From contig NC_087436.1 of assembly GCF_036321535.1 (NCBI RefSeq), forward strand, positions 41,542,001-41,606,000: 64,000 nucleotides of DNA. The letters are read 5' to 3'. The position numbers were made by a program, and so were the translations under genes. Below the pieces are notes generated by a model that saw nothing but the letters and a program-made list of their open reading frames with translations, did no database searches and was not told where the DNA came from. The stretch comes from Camelus dromedarius (Eukaryota). Below are positions 37,728-51,336 of the stretch, piece after piece (position 1 is the first letter of the stretch; every line of letters begins with the position of its first letter).

Positions 37728-40700
37728 AGTTTTATTAATGTGTAATTTGTATACAATAAAAATATAATTTGTCTATTTTAAATATACAGTTTGATGAACT
37801 TTGGCATTTTTACAGTAATGTAACTACCATCACAATCAAAATACAGAACATTTTCACCAACTTACATTCTATCCTGTGCTTTTCATGTTGAGCTCCACCC
37901 TCAACTTTCTGCTCTGGCAACCACTGCTCTGCTTCTATTACTAATTCTCCTTTTCTAGAATTCCTATGCATCAAATCATACAGTATGTACTTTTGGTGAT
38001 TCAATACCAGTATTTTTATAATTATCCATGTTTTGTTCATCAGTATACTACTCTATAAATTGCTAAACACAAGAACACAGTATAGATATAACACTATCTT
38101 TTAATTTACCAGTGATTGACATTTTACTTTATTAATAGTTCTAACTATTAAAAGTAGTACTGCAATAAAATATTTATTGTTTACAGATCTTTCTTTGAAA
38201 GCATATTTTTATTTCTCTTGGGTGAATTCTGAAGAATGAGATTGCTGGGTCATATCGTAAGTGTAGATTTAATTTTATAAAATACTGCTTACGAATTTCT
38301 GAAAGGATTATGTAATTTTACATTCCACCAGCAATGTATAAGTTCCATTTGGTCAATATTTTTGCCAACACTCCATATTCTTGGCCTCTTTATACTTTTA
38401 GCCATTTCACTGAGATTGTAGTAGAAACTCCTTGTGGTTTTTTAATTTGCAACTTGAATGTCCAAATTTATAACTTCCATCAATTTTATATCTTCCGTCA
38501 ATTTTAGGAATTTTTGATCATTATTTCTTCAAATATTTTTCATTCACATTTTTTCTTTCCCTTCACACTGGGATTCTAATTTGTTACTATGTTAATCACT
38601 TTCATATTATCTAACAGTCTTCACAATCACTTTTGAATTTATTTTTTAGTGTTTTTCTCTTCTTTGTTCAGTCTATGTGCTCTATCTTTAACTATACTTA
38701 CTCTTTCCTATGTTATCTTCGTTTGACTCTTTAGTCTTTACATTGATTTGCTTATGTAAGATAATGGATTCTCAGTTCCATAATCACTTCTTTTTTATAA
38801 TTCAGTTTCTCTGCTGAGATTTATTATTTTTTAATCCTGCAAGCATATTTTGTTTTACATCATTGAAAGTATTTTAAAGAAACCACATTAACTTTCTTAT
38901 CTCAAGTTGCAGTTACTGGGTAATTTCAGGATTGGAATCAGTGAATTTTATTTTCTGTGAAGAATGAATTCCATTTTTTTTTTATTTTTACCTTTCAGTT
39001 AATTTTGGATTGTATCATATTGTAAGTGATGAAAAATCTGGAGTATATTGTTTTTCTCTAATAAGTGTTGTTGCTTTTGCTTTAGTAGGTAATTATCTTG
39101 GTTGGACTTGACTGTAAACTCTATTTTTTATTTTTCCCCCAGCTATATTGAGGTATAACGGACAAATAAAAATTATATATATTTAAGATGTAAAGATGAT
39201 GTTTTGGTATCCATATACATTGTGAAATGATTAACATGATCAAGCTAATAAATATATTTAACACCTCACCTTTTATTGATGAGAACAATTAAAATATACC
39301 TTCTAAGCTAATTTCTAGTATACAGTACAATGATACTAACTATAGTCACCATGCTGCACATTAGATCTCCAGAACTTACTCATCCCGTATAACTGAAACC
39401 TTCTACCTTGTAAGCAACATCTCCCTATTTCTCCTGCCCCCAGCTCCTGGTACCCACTATTCTAGTTTGTGCTTCTGAGTGTTTGACTTTTTTAGATTGT
39501 ACATAAAAGTTAGATCACACAGTATTTGTCTTTTTTCATCTGGCTTATTTAACTTAGCATTAAAGTTCTCTAGGATCATCCATGTTGTCACAAATGGTAA
39601 AGTTCCCCTCTTTTTTAGAGCTGAATAATATCCATATATATATATATATATATATATATACACCTCACAATTTCTTTATCCATTCATGTGTCAACACTCA
39701 GGTTGTTTCCGTATCTTGACTATTGTAAAGAATGCTGTCATGAACATAGGAGTGCAGATATCTCTTTGATATACTGACTTTATTTCCTTTAGATATATAC
39801 TCAGAAGTACGTTGGTAGATCATATTGTTATTTTTTGAGGAATTTCCGTAAGGCCTGTATCAATTTACAATCCCACCAGCTGTGCACAAGGGTTCTCTTT
39901 TCTTCACATCCTTGCCAACAGTTGTTATCTTTTGTCATTTTGATGGCAGCCATTCTAAGAAGTTGAGGTGATATTTCATTGTGATTTTAATTTGCATTTC
40001 CCTATGATTAATGATGTTAAGGACATTTTCTTATACCTATCTCAATTTTTTTTTTTTTTGGTTTTCCTTTTGAAGGAAAAGTCTCAGCTCTCTGCTTCTT
40101 TCACAGCCATGCAAAGCAGTGTAGGATGCAGGAGGATGCCTGCACCTTTTCTTTATTGCTAACTGTTCCAGGGGACTGTGTTCTCTAAGTTGTTCAGTGT
40201 TTGGTATGCAGCAAGATAGAAATTTCTAAAATGCTGGGAATGAGGTCCTCTTCACTTCTCGCCCTAATGGAAGAAAAAGAACCTCAGTTCTGGACCGATT
40301 CCCAGTCTCACAGAGCTGTACTTCTCTGTAAGGACATGATTTCCCCTTTCCTTTGTTCTTACCTCTGGCAGAGTAGCAGGCTCTGCAAGTTGTAGCACCC
40401 CTTGTGAGGTGAGGTGGGAGCTGGCCCCATGCAGGATGCCCTGAGAGACCAGGAGCACGCTCCAAATTCTCAGTTTCCCCATGGAAGAAATCAAAGGCAA
40501 TCTTCTATCTTGGCGCAAAGAAGATCTGAAGAAAGGACTGTCAAGGGTAAAGTGAAATAGCTCTTCTTACCCACTGAAATGTGACAGCTTTCAGTTTGTG
40601 CTCCTCCAGAGTGCTTCTACTTCTTCACTGTATGCTAAATTTCTCTTCAAGGTATCTTGGTACCAGTGCCATTGTTAGTTCATTGTATTGGTGGAAGAAT

Positions 40701-41200
40701 GAGAGGTAGGGATTCCTACTCCTCCATCTTGCTGACATCACTCTCCAAAGTCTATTTGAGGACCAAATATTTCAGTCTCATCAGATATTTTGAATTGAGC
40801 AGCTTTGACTCTGTTTAGCATATGCTTCCTTCACACTGGCCAGAATGTGGGTAGAGAGAATTTGAGGATCTCCTCTGTGGCTTTTTTCTACCTGACATTC
40901 CCTATCTACTTACCCAGCAGTCTTCCTGAATTTAGGTTTCTGGCTCCTTAGACAAGAATAATTGTATATTTTCCACCAACGCCGCAGGTATCACACTGGA
41001 ATGTGTCTGGCTAAAAGTTGTGAAAACGAGAACTCACTGCATGTGACTTGGTTCCTCCAATTTGTATGCTCATAAGAATTTACCCGCTGGGTTTCATTCT
41101 CTAGTTCCTCCAGGTAATTTCTTATGTCTACATTTTATAGTTGTTTTTTGCAGAGGAATCAGTCCTATAAGAACTTAGTCAGTAGTAGAAAGGAATTTTG
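37728..41200 (-). mobile_element. Old L1 (L1ME/L1MB-like) remnants, split by a younger L1
   Basis: 3' end at 37728-38460, ORF1-like antisense sequence at 38460-39115, continuation at 40758-41200. Confidence 0.65.
39127..40746 (-). mobile_element. L1MA9/10-like insertion: 3' end joined to 5' UTR
   Basis: 3' UTR and ORF2 end at 39127-40044, 5' UTR at 40060-40746 ending ctccatcttgctgacatcactctcc; TSD AAA(C/G)TCTATTT at 39116-39126 and 40747-40757. Contains (AT)n at 39634-39660. Confidence 0.75.
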
Positions 41201-41287
41201 CTATTGTGTTTTGACTACATAGATATTTGAATTTCCTTCTCAACTATTACTGATTTTTCAGTTCTGAGAAAATGTTAAAGAGCTTTA

Positions 41288-41339
41288 TTTATCCAAGAAT
41301 TATATTAGTAAGGTTCATCCAAGAATTATATTAGTAAGG
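41288..41339. repeat. 26-bp tandem duplication (1 mismatch)
   Basis: TT(T/C)ATCCAAGAATTATATTAGTAAGG x2. Confidence 0.95.
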
Positions 41340-44300
41340 ACAGTGAACTCTTTTAGGAAAAAGAGCATATTTTGTTTAAATCTGTGTTACTAGTGCTCAG
41401 TACAGTGCTTTAAAAATTGTATTTTTTGTAAAGTTTTTAATGAAAAGACACATTTTTTAATCAATCATTTTTTAATGTTAGTTTAATAATATTGCAGTGC
41501 TTATTTACTATGACAATTTGTAAGAAATAGATGTTTTCTATCACAGGTTATATTGCATAAAGCTGACTTTGATGGCATATCTAATGTATGTTCTATGAAA
41601 CAACCAGTTACAAAGTTCCTCCAAAGGGAACATACAAAACATTATTGATGAAATTCCAAATTATTGTATCTTTTTTTCTCTTGGGGGTGTACAATCTAAT
41701 TAAAATATTTCATAAAAATTACTTTATGTATTATGGAAATTCATGTGTTTTCACTGTCTGTACCTTTCCACTGCTTTAATTTTTATTGTAGTATTAATCT
41801 CTCAGTGATATGTGAGAGTCTCTGTAAAATTTGTTCATTCTCCAGCTCTTAAAAAATATAAAATCCATGACAGGAAAACTCTCTGTATTTTTTTGACTGC
41901 TGTGTCCCAATCCCTAGAGGAGTACTTAGCACAAAGGAGAAATAAATGAATGGCAGTATCCCTTGTGCATTTATTCGGAAAACACTAAATACCAATTAGA
42001 TATGAGGCTTCATTCTAAACTCTGGGTATAGTGTAAGGAATAAAATACTGGTCTTCCCTGATGGAGTTTGTATTATTGATAATTTCTGAAGAAATAAAGA
42101 TAGCAATTATCATATAGTCTATAAAAATATAAAATTATTCTGGATTATTGTCATCATATGTGGCTGAATTGAAAATAGAGTTGAACACAAAGTAGCTGGT
42201 CTGGCAATAATTTAAATATACTTGGAAACTAAATAGAGAAACATAATAAGCTTCTAAATAAAATGGACAGTTCATTTTTCAGTCTCAAGATATTTTACTG
42301 CTTTATTTTACAAGCCATTACTTACATAAAATATTAAAAAGCAGTCCTTTTCCGCAAAATAAAGTAAATTAAAAGAAAATGTACTTGAATAGTTTTAAAA
42401 CTTGACTGTTCTTTTATTAATTTTAATATAAAGCTGTGTAGGGAAAATTACCTCATAACCATTGCCATAAAGAGCAAAGATTGGTGATGTGGTTACATAA
42501 CAATTCCTTTAAGGCATAAACTACTATGTGGAATTGTATTTTTTGATCCCTAGTAGATATCTTTTTTTGTGGATTTCATTATCAAATGTTCTCTATTAGA
42601 TAGGCAGAGCTTAATTATTATAATTACTTTCATAAGAGAAACAATACTTAGAGAAATTGTTAATTTTTTTAAAGATATGAAGAGAAAATCTTGAGTCTCC
42701 TCATTTGTTGCTAATTTAGCAAAGAGCTACCACATATGAATTTAATTAAGAGTTGTCCTTGCCCTATTTACCACTCAGTGAGCTATAACAGGTTTGGAAG
42801 AGCTACTGCCAATTTTCTGAGTTAATGCAATATTTAAATTAATGGCATTCATAGATAATATATGAAACTTGTAAGTTGAGTTTATATGAGAAAATGTTAC
42901 CTACTTTGAATTTGTATTTCAGAAGAAAATGTGTCCCTACATTCTCTTTTTTGAAAAAAAATAGACTGAAATGCATATAAAGTAATGCAAATTTTATAAT
43001 CTTACTGAGTCTTATGTTCCTGTTTCTCTTAAATGTCAAATATTGATTGTTTATAAGTGTCTTCCTGATAGCATACTTTGATGATTTTTCTTCTTGTAAA
43101 GTATTTTCCATGAAACGTGTATCTGAACTTATGCTACTCTATAAGCCCTATTCCTTCACTGTAAACTCAATGTGTAGCTGAACTCTACACCTGGCTATAT
43201 CATCCTAAGCAAATTATATGACTTCCTTGCATACTTTTTTACTTATAAAAAAATGAAAAATATATCTTAGACTGTGATAATTAATATAACAGTACTTTAA
43301 ATCATTGAAATGTATACATTTTATAGTCCACTAGAGTTCAACAATGTATCTTTTAGATATTTTGCTTGCCCGATAATCCTCAAATGATTTAAAATATCAC
43401 TTAAAAGCATAATAAATAAATTTGGCCATAATTTTGTACAAATAATATCTTTTATCTAACCAGGAAGGAATCAATTGAAAGGGCTTGTCTTAGAAAATGT
43501 ATTTATTGTATTTTTGATGGTATCTTTTATTTTTATAATTTTTTGAATGAAATACCATATTCTATTTTAAAAAAGAAAACACGTTCAGAGAGTCAATAAT
43601 TTTTGAGACATAAATTATTAAAACACTTTTCTGTATTTATTAACAATCTGTTACTTTACTTGTGAATTGAATAGTCACCTTCCATATGAAGTAACTATAT
43701 GATAATTATAACTGATTTTAAATATAGTGAATTATATGACAATACAGAGCCCTTTCCTCCAGCTGAAACCTAATGTGAATATACTGAAAATTATCCACTA
43801 ATTATGCAATTAATAAACAAACTGGAAAATCATGTGAACATTATTTAACCAACTTAAAAGTACATAAGTTCAGGTGACTTAAAAAGTGAAAGATAAAATA
43901 TTTGCAATCATTGAATTAATCAGTAAATATGCTAGTAGTTTGAGTGCTAAGACACTTCAGGATACCTGGATTCTAACCCCTGATACATATGATTATTTTA
44001 TTAAAGTTTATGACTGGATTCTGTAACAGTATTATTAAAATGATGGAGGTTAATACTGGTAAAGTATTATCGGTTTAATACTTTATATTTCTTTATTTTA
44101 AATAGTTTACTCTCTTGTTTAATAATATAGTAATTCTAAAAAAAATTGTTTCACTATTTTGATATATTTTGTAGGTTTTATAAGCTGATGTGTATATAGC
44201 CAGAAGCTTCATAAGTATATTGTATTACAAAATACGTTAGAGACAAGATTTCTGGGTTCTATTAGGAAATGGTCATGTAATATCCAAATTTAGAATATTG

Positions 44301-44610
44301 CTTGTAACATTATTTCAAGGAAAGTTATTATTCTAACTGAAATTTGTCTTAATTATTTAATAAGAACTTGATTCTCTGAGGAACCCAAGATTTCTCTGAG
44401 GAAGAGACTGTGAAACATTGCAGCAGGAGAAAAGTGATCTAGATATATCATACTAAAAAGTTTCTCTGTTTTCTCATACTTCTGGGTAAACTAAGCTTTA
44501 ACTTCTAACTTATCTTTAATATAAAACTTGTTTCAATAAAACATGAAAATCATCTAAGACATTTGAAAGTAAGGCAGCATTAAAAATCTAAGTAAGGCAA
44601 AATTTACTTT

Positions 44611-45829
44611 TTGATATTTGTTTTTGTTTTTTTTTTTAACATTTTTTATTGTTATAATCATTTTACAATATTGTGTCAAATTCCAGTGTAGAGTGCAATT
44701 TTTCAGTTACACATGAACATACATACATTCATTGTCACATTTTTTTCTCTGTGAGCTACTGTAAGGTTTTGTATATATTTCCCTGTGTGCTATACAGTAT
44801 AGTCTTTTTAATCTATTCTACATTTTGAAATCCCAGTCTGTCCCTTCCCACGCCCCACTCCCTTAGCAACCACAAGTTTGTATTCTATGTCTGTGAGTCT
44901 GTTTCTGTTTTGTATTTATGTTTTTTTTTTAATTCCACATTTGAGTGATCTTATATGGTATTTTTCTTTCTCTTTCTGGCTTACTACACTTAGAATGACA
45001 TTCTCCAGGAACATCCATGTTGCTGCAAATGGCGTTATGTTGTCGGTTTTTATGGCTGAATAATATTCTATTGTATAAATATACCACCACTTCTTTATTC
45101 AGTTATCTGTTGATGGATATTTAGGCTGTTTCCATGTCTTGGCTATTGTAAATAGTGCTTCTATGAACATTGGGGTGCAGGTATCATTTTGAAGTAGGGT
45201 TCCTTCTGGAATGGGCAAAAGACCTAAACAAGTAATTCTCCAAGAAAGAAATACAAATGATCAATAGGCACGTGAAAAAATGCTCCATACTGCTAATTAT
45301 CAGAGAAATGCAAATCAAAACTACAATCAGGTATCACCTCACACCAGTCTGAATGGCCATCATTCAAAAGTCCACAAATGACAAATGCTGGAGAGGCTGT
45401 GGAGAAAGGAGAACCCTCTTACACTGCTGGTGGGAATGAAGTTTGGTACAGCCACTGTAGAAAACACTATGGAGATTCCTCAAAAGACTAGGAATATACT
45501 TATGATATGACCCAGGAACCCTGCTCTAGGAGAATATTTTTGAAATGTATGTCAGATAATGTTTTGCCTATATTTTCTTCTAGGAGGTTTATTGTATCTT
45601 ATCTTATGTTTAAGTCTTTGATCCATTTTGAGTTTATTTTTGTGTATTGTGTAAGGGAGTGTTCTAGCTTAAATGATTTACATGCTGCTGTCCAGTTTTC
45701 CCAACACTTTGCTGAAGAGACTGTTTTTATTCCATTGTATATTCTTGCCTCCTTTGTTGAAGATTAGTTGACCAAAAGTTTGTGGGTTCATTTCTGGGCT
45801 CTCTATTCTGTTCCACTGGTTTATATGTT
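44611..45829 (-). mobile_element. Young camelid-like L1 with an internal inversion (45211-45520 on + strand)
   Basis: 3' end closely similar to the 3987-4807 copy; 15-bp TSD GGCAA(A/C)ATTTACTTT at 44596-44610 and 45830-45844. Confidence 0.93.
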
Positions 45830-46707
45830 GGCAACATTTACTTTGGCTTGAATATAATGTTGGAATTTTTAATATTAATAAGGTTAATTATGTAAAAACA
45901 TTAGTAATCATATGTATGAGGTAAAATGTTTGATGGCTGCCAACAAACATGATGCTTAAAATAGTGATGAATGTGATCAATTTGCCATCTGTGTGATGTA
46001 AGTCTATTATTTCCCAAGACTTTTTAATGACTAAGCGAAGCATTTGGAGATATTAGAGATAGTTTTGTAATTGCATATGTTTTATAACCTGTGATAATTG
46101 TATTAATTTGATGTTAATTTCATATAGATAATATAAGTTTATATTTGCATTTGGGTGAAAAATTTCATTCAAAATCAATCAATTTATGTTATTTATAGTA
46201 CAGTTTTTATTGAAAAATACAAGGCTGAAGTGCTAAGTTATTCTTTTTGTTTTTTTTTTCTAATTCTATATTTGCCTCTGTTTCTTTGTCCACTAATTTC
46301 CTTTAAACATTTAAATCAACCAAAATTGAATATTTAAAGTCATGATAAAATTATATACCTTCCCTAGCATCTTATATTTTCCCACCTTAAATTTTCTTAA
46401 TAAACACAAACAATCTGAAATAATGGTAAAATATTAAGTGGTAATCACCTTACCACCAATATTAAGAATTGAAAAGAAAAAAAAGACTTATTAATTCAAC
46501 AGGTCTTTTATTCTTGATATCATCTGTCATTTCTGCATTAGTGTATTTATTTTTATTACACATCAGTAGACTATTTGTTTTTCAGCTCAGATATGGAAAT
46601 CAGTTGTGCTAAAATGGCTTTATTTATTTTTGTAATATATGCTCAGCAGATACATTTTTATTTTGGAAAAAAATATTATCTGTGACTGACACAATTCATG
46701 TTATTAC

Positions 46708-47310
46708 TGTTACAGGGAAGAGGGGAATAAAAAATTACGTAGGTTCTTAAACATGCAGAAAAAATGAATTTCTAATAGGAGACAGACAGCATGATATAAA
46801 CAGAAGATTTTATTAGTGAAGTGAAAAGGTAATAAAATATAGTACATTCCCCAAGAATTGGGGGTGGGCCAATCCAAGAGAGGAAAAATAGTGCCTCTCC
46901 TTTGTTTTTCCTGTTTGTCGGGGGCGTTTTTGTGATTGATTATTGATGGCTTCCATTCTTTGAGTGCTCAGGCTGATTGACAGCTCAGGTTCTTTGTGCT
47001 CAGGCACGCCCATCTCTTTTAGGTATGTTCTTACCCAATACGCACACAGAGAAACCTACAGGAGGGGGCTCAAACTGCAATGTTAATTACATTATAATGA
47101 GCTTGGGTCAGGTTAAGCCAGGTCCTTCTGCCTACTGCAAAGCAGTCACAGCATTTGAATCTAGTCAGCTTCTTTGCAGGCCTTCATTTAGAGAAAGTAA
47201 AGTTTTTGGAGCCCCTTATCCTCCGCCCAGGCATACTGTTATTTTCTGCATTGTTCCCTCCCCCTTCCTCTCCCCTTGCCTGGTGCTCATTTCTGTCTAA
47301 CTGCCTAATA
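46708..47310 (-). mobile_element. Solo ERV1-type LTR
   Basis: Starts TGTTAC and ends ctaactgcctaata (minus-strand start T[A]TTAGGCAGTTAG); AATAAA on the minus strand at 46809-46814; perfect 4-bp TSD TTAC. Confidence 0.8.
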
Positions 47311-48439
47311 TTACTTTCCTTTTATTTAACCAATATATCATTTGAAGATATGAAATATAGGTATCTATTTGTGTATTGTTCTTTCTAACAATGTCTTTCC
47401 TTCCTAACAGATTCTTTTCAAATGTATCTTTCATGATATATCTAATTTTTTTTTCTATCCAGGGTTTTTGAATTTTATATTTGCCTCCCAATGCAGATAC
47501 TAGAATAATTTAACTTTCTAGAATGTACTTTTAGTAGTTACTATGTAAATAATTATTAATAAAAAACTTCCTTAATTTTGCCACATAGGGTTTTAGTACA
47601 TTGTATAACTTTTACTGGCAGAGTCATGGCAGAAAAAGGAGGGCATTGTGCTCCTGTTTTGATGCCACTTAACATTCTCACATGCTTTAAAATTTTTTTG
47701 TTAAATATTTCAAAATACCAGGTAAAATTATCATATTTCTTTTAAATAACTGTCATTATTTTGTTTTTTTAAAAAAGACACATACATAAACCTACATGAA
47801 ATTCTAATAGCTCAAAGATAAAACATAATCAACAATATCCAATCATACGATAAAAAGCTTTCAGGCAGAAAGAGATATACTACTGTAATTGTTTACCTGC
47901 TATAGCAGATGTGTAGTGATTTCCCTTCATCACTTATTGCCTCCCTTCTTCTATCAATATTACCATAATTTCTTTGGTAGAATCACCCATCCTAATTGTA
48001 TTGCAGCTGTCACTCAGAGAAATTTGCAGGACTAAATGTCTTTGATAGAGCACGTCATCATCCTACTCACAGTTGTTCTAGGGATGGGCATATAAAACAT
48101 TTTGCACTTAAGAAACGGTAAGTTTGAAGAAGGCTTATTATTAAAAAATGTGATTTTGCTCATTAATAGGAGATGTAGTGCAGACATTCTGTATTTCTCT
48201 GAATTAAGTAACATGTCTGTTTTTGCCGGTAAAGATGACTCAGAGTTGAAGCATACTACAAAAGTCAAAACTGAGTTTACTGCTACAAAATGCAGCAACA
48301 ATGCTGATGATATTATGAACTTTTCGATCAAATGAACCCTAAAATGAGAAGCATTCCAAAACTCCTCTACAAAGTGGAAGTCTGGACCAAAACCATTACT
48401 TGAGCCAACTAATGCCTTTAATCTAATGAGTATCTTTTT

Positions 48440-49580
48440 TTAAAAATTGAAATATCTAACATATGTAGTAAGTGAAGCTTGGTAAGACCAGCATTAGACT
48501 TCTTATATTTGATAGTGAAATATAATAAAGTCCTGGGTGGTGGATAAGTCAGGGGAGAAGTGAGAAAAAAGTAAAATCAAAGGACCTTTTATAGCCATGA
48601 TAACATTCATCTATCAGAAACAGAGAATAAGATTTTCAGAATGCAAGGGCTGAGTTGCTATACCTCTTGTGCATCCTGTCTGTGGTCAATACCAGAAAAA
48701 CTACTCTGATACTATTGAACTAGAGACGATGTCTAATACAAGAGAATTTACATCAGAAACAAGGTGATATTGTGTTAGCATATTGCTAAAGGTTAATTGG
48801 TAAATTTCATTTCCATAAGACAGAAATAAAGTGAGTTAAATAAGAAGAAAATCCTGCCAAATAATGTGTTATCTGTATTACAATAAAATAATATGTATTT
48901 CAGTGTAATAAAAAGATATAAACAAATTGTGCCTGAAAACACTGATATCAGAGTAGAAGTTAAGACTAAAAGGGTTAAAGTAAGGAAGAAATAAAATTAC
49001 AATTATTATATAAAATAAAAAATAACAGTAAGATACAGAAAGCAAAAAATTCTTTAAGAACAAAATATGATGAAAACAAGTTTAGGAGGAAAAAAATGAA
49101 GTAAAAAAAATGATGCAGCTTTATCCTTACATTCAGCAAACATCATACTTTTTCATATGTCTTTGCAATTTTATCTAAGTTTTGCACTAAATATATAGAG
49201 ACTAAAAGCCAAATGTTATAATTATATATTGATACATAACTTATAAATAATAAAAAAATACCCCAGATTCTTGACTACTTAAGACAACTTAAGAATAATT
49301 AAAAAAATAAACTGAAATTATACATTAACTAGAAATAATAAGAATAAGAATACTTCTTCCTAAAATCTATAACATACTGTTAAAATATATGCAGATGTTT
49401 AAATATTTTTATTTAAAAATATGACAAATGATAATAAAACAAGTTCAACTTAATAAATTAGAAATATAAAACAAAGTAATTAATAAACACATAGAAAGAA
49501 CTTAAAAAGATGAAATAGATAGATAGGAATGTTCCATATAGTGAATATGATCAGTAAATGTAAATATAAAAATGTTTTTA
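48440..49580 (+). mobile_element. Very old L1 (L1ME/L1M5) ORF2-region remnant
   Basis: A-rich sense L1-like sequence, e.g. aagttcaacttaataaattagaaa; highly diverged. Confidence 0.55.
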
Positions 49581-49767
49581 ATAGAGTAATAAGGGCCAGA
49601 ATGATGAATCTGTGAGCAGTTGTCCAGCTATGCACAACCTAACATATCTTTTTGTGAGATTATGAGAATTTCATGGGATCATCTGTGTTCTGCTGATTAT
49701 TTGAATTTGTTTTTCTAATAGAGTCTATTTTATATTTATACCACATGACATTAGGCATTTATATATT

Positions 49768-50240
49768 TGTGCTGGTTGTGCACAATTCAACTATAACAAT
49801 TAGACAAAATAATTCAGAGGCTTAATGAAAAATAAATGCTTATTTCCTATAACAATCTCAAATAGCAGGTGACCCTGGTACACATGGTCATTTATGAATT
49901 GAGATCCCACCATCTCTTTTTTCACTATCTACTGAATGTTTCATTTATACATATGAAACTGTTTTGCAGGTATTTCCATGTTCTAGCTTGTAGATAGAGG
50001 AAAGACTGTGAAGGAGCAAACCTGATTTTTTTTTTTTTTTTGAGTTTTGTGTTTTTTAGGCCAAGTGTAGAAGTATACATATCTCATCTTGTATGGGGAA
50101 AGAACTAATTCAAATATCTACAATTAGCTTTCATGATGGCTGGAAAATTCACAGCTAGTCAGCCTATCCCAGCTACAACTCTATGACCAAGAAAGTGGCG
50201 GTGAATTTATGTTGATAGGCAGCCAGCCATCTTACCATGA
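49768..50240 (-). mobile_element. Old MaLR LTR (MLT1I/J-like)
   Basis: actataacaa...ttcagaggcttaa start and ggcagccagccatcttacca end. Confidence 0.6.
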
Positions 50241-51336
50241 TATGAATAGAAATGTTGCAGGTTTTAAAAATCAGTAATTTTTATAGGAAGTAATGGCTTG
50301 TAAAATAAAGCAGTAAAATATCTTTTTTAACTACTTATTTTAAGATACATGAAATTTATATTTATATACTGTTTTAAATTCAGAAAGTAATGTTTTCTAC
50401 CCATGATATTGTTAAACTTTGGGAAGATAAGAAAAGGTGCAATATGAAAATTTGACAATTTAAAGAGGCTTTACTTGAGATATACGTAGTTTAATTTTTA
50501 AAAGATTATACATTCAAAGTCATTAAAAGAACTCTGTTCATCATACCGTATGAACTGCTGCAGAACATGAAGAAAAATTTCAAGCTTCCTTTCTGTTCAA
50601 AGGAACACACACATAGGGTTATCACGATTTGGGAGTAAATACCAAAGCTTTGAAAGATGAAATAACTCCTTTTTTCTAAATAAGAAATATCAAAAGAAAG
50701 ACTTTCTAAAAACAGTATCATATCCAGTGGCTTTTTCTCAAACACTGGGCTTTTGCTTGGCATTAACTAAACATAGTAATATTAACTGTTATGTTATTAC
50801 ATAAACCTTGTTCTTACCCAAGAGTTCTTTCCAAATCACTGACTGAGACCTTCTCATGCAAACCTGTCTTTTTCTCTAATTATAGTGATTTTTAAGCATG
50901 TTGATTTAAGGATTCTTAAAAATACCAAGATTTTACTTATAACAGAGTGAGGCAGTGATATTCCTGATTTACTAATAATTAGTGGTTTATGGTTTATATA
51001 AAAAGAGGTTTTTTTTTTTTAATTGTTCATGCATTTCAAGAGCATATCCTCAACTCCATAAACATTTAACAGGTAAAGGAAGGTAATTTAAAGACATGTA
51101 ACTCTATGGAAGCAGTTCTCAATTCACTGTAGTAAAGTCAAACTAACCACTTTGTATTATCCACATTAAAAAAAATAATATTTACAATAAGGAGAGTAGC
51201 AGCACTTCACCTAGAGTGCTGCTTGCTGATGTGACCCAACTACAGTTCAATTTCCCTTTTTCAGCCTGAGATCTCAGTAGAGATCGTTCTCCAAGGAGAC
51301 CTCTAGCTCTTTCCTGAAGACTCACAAGACTCTTTC

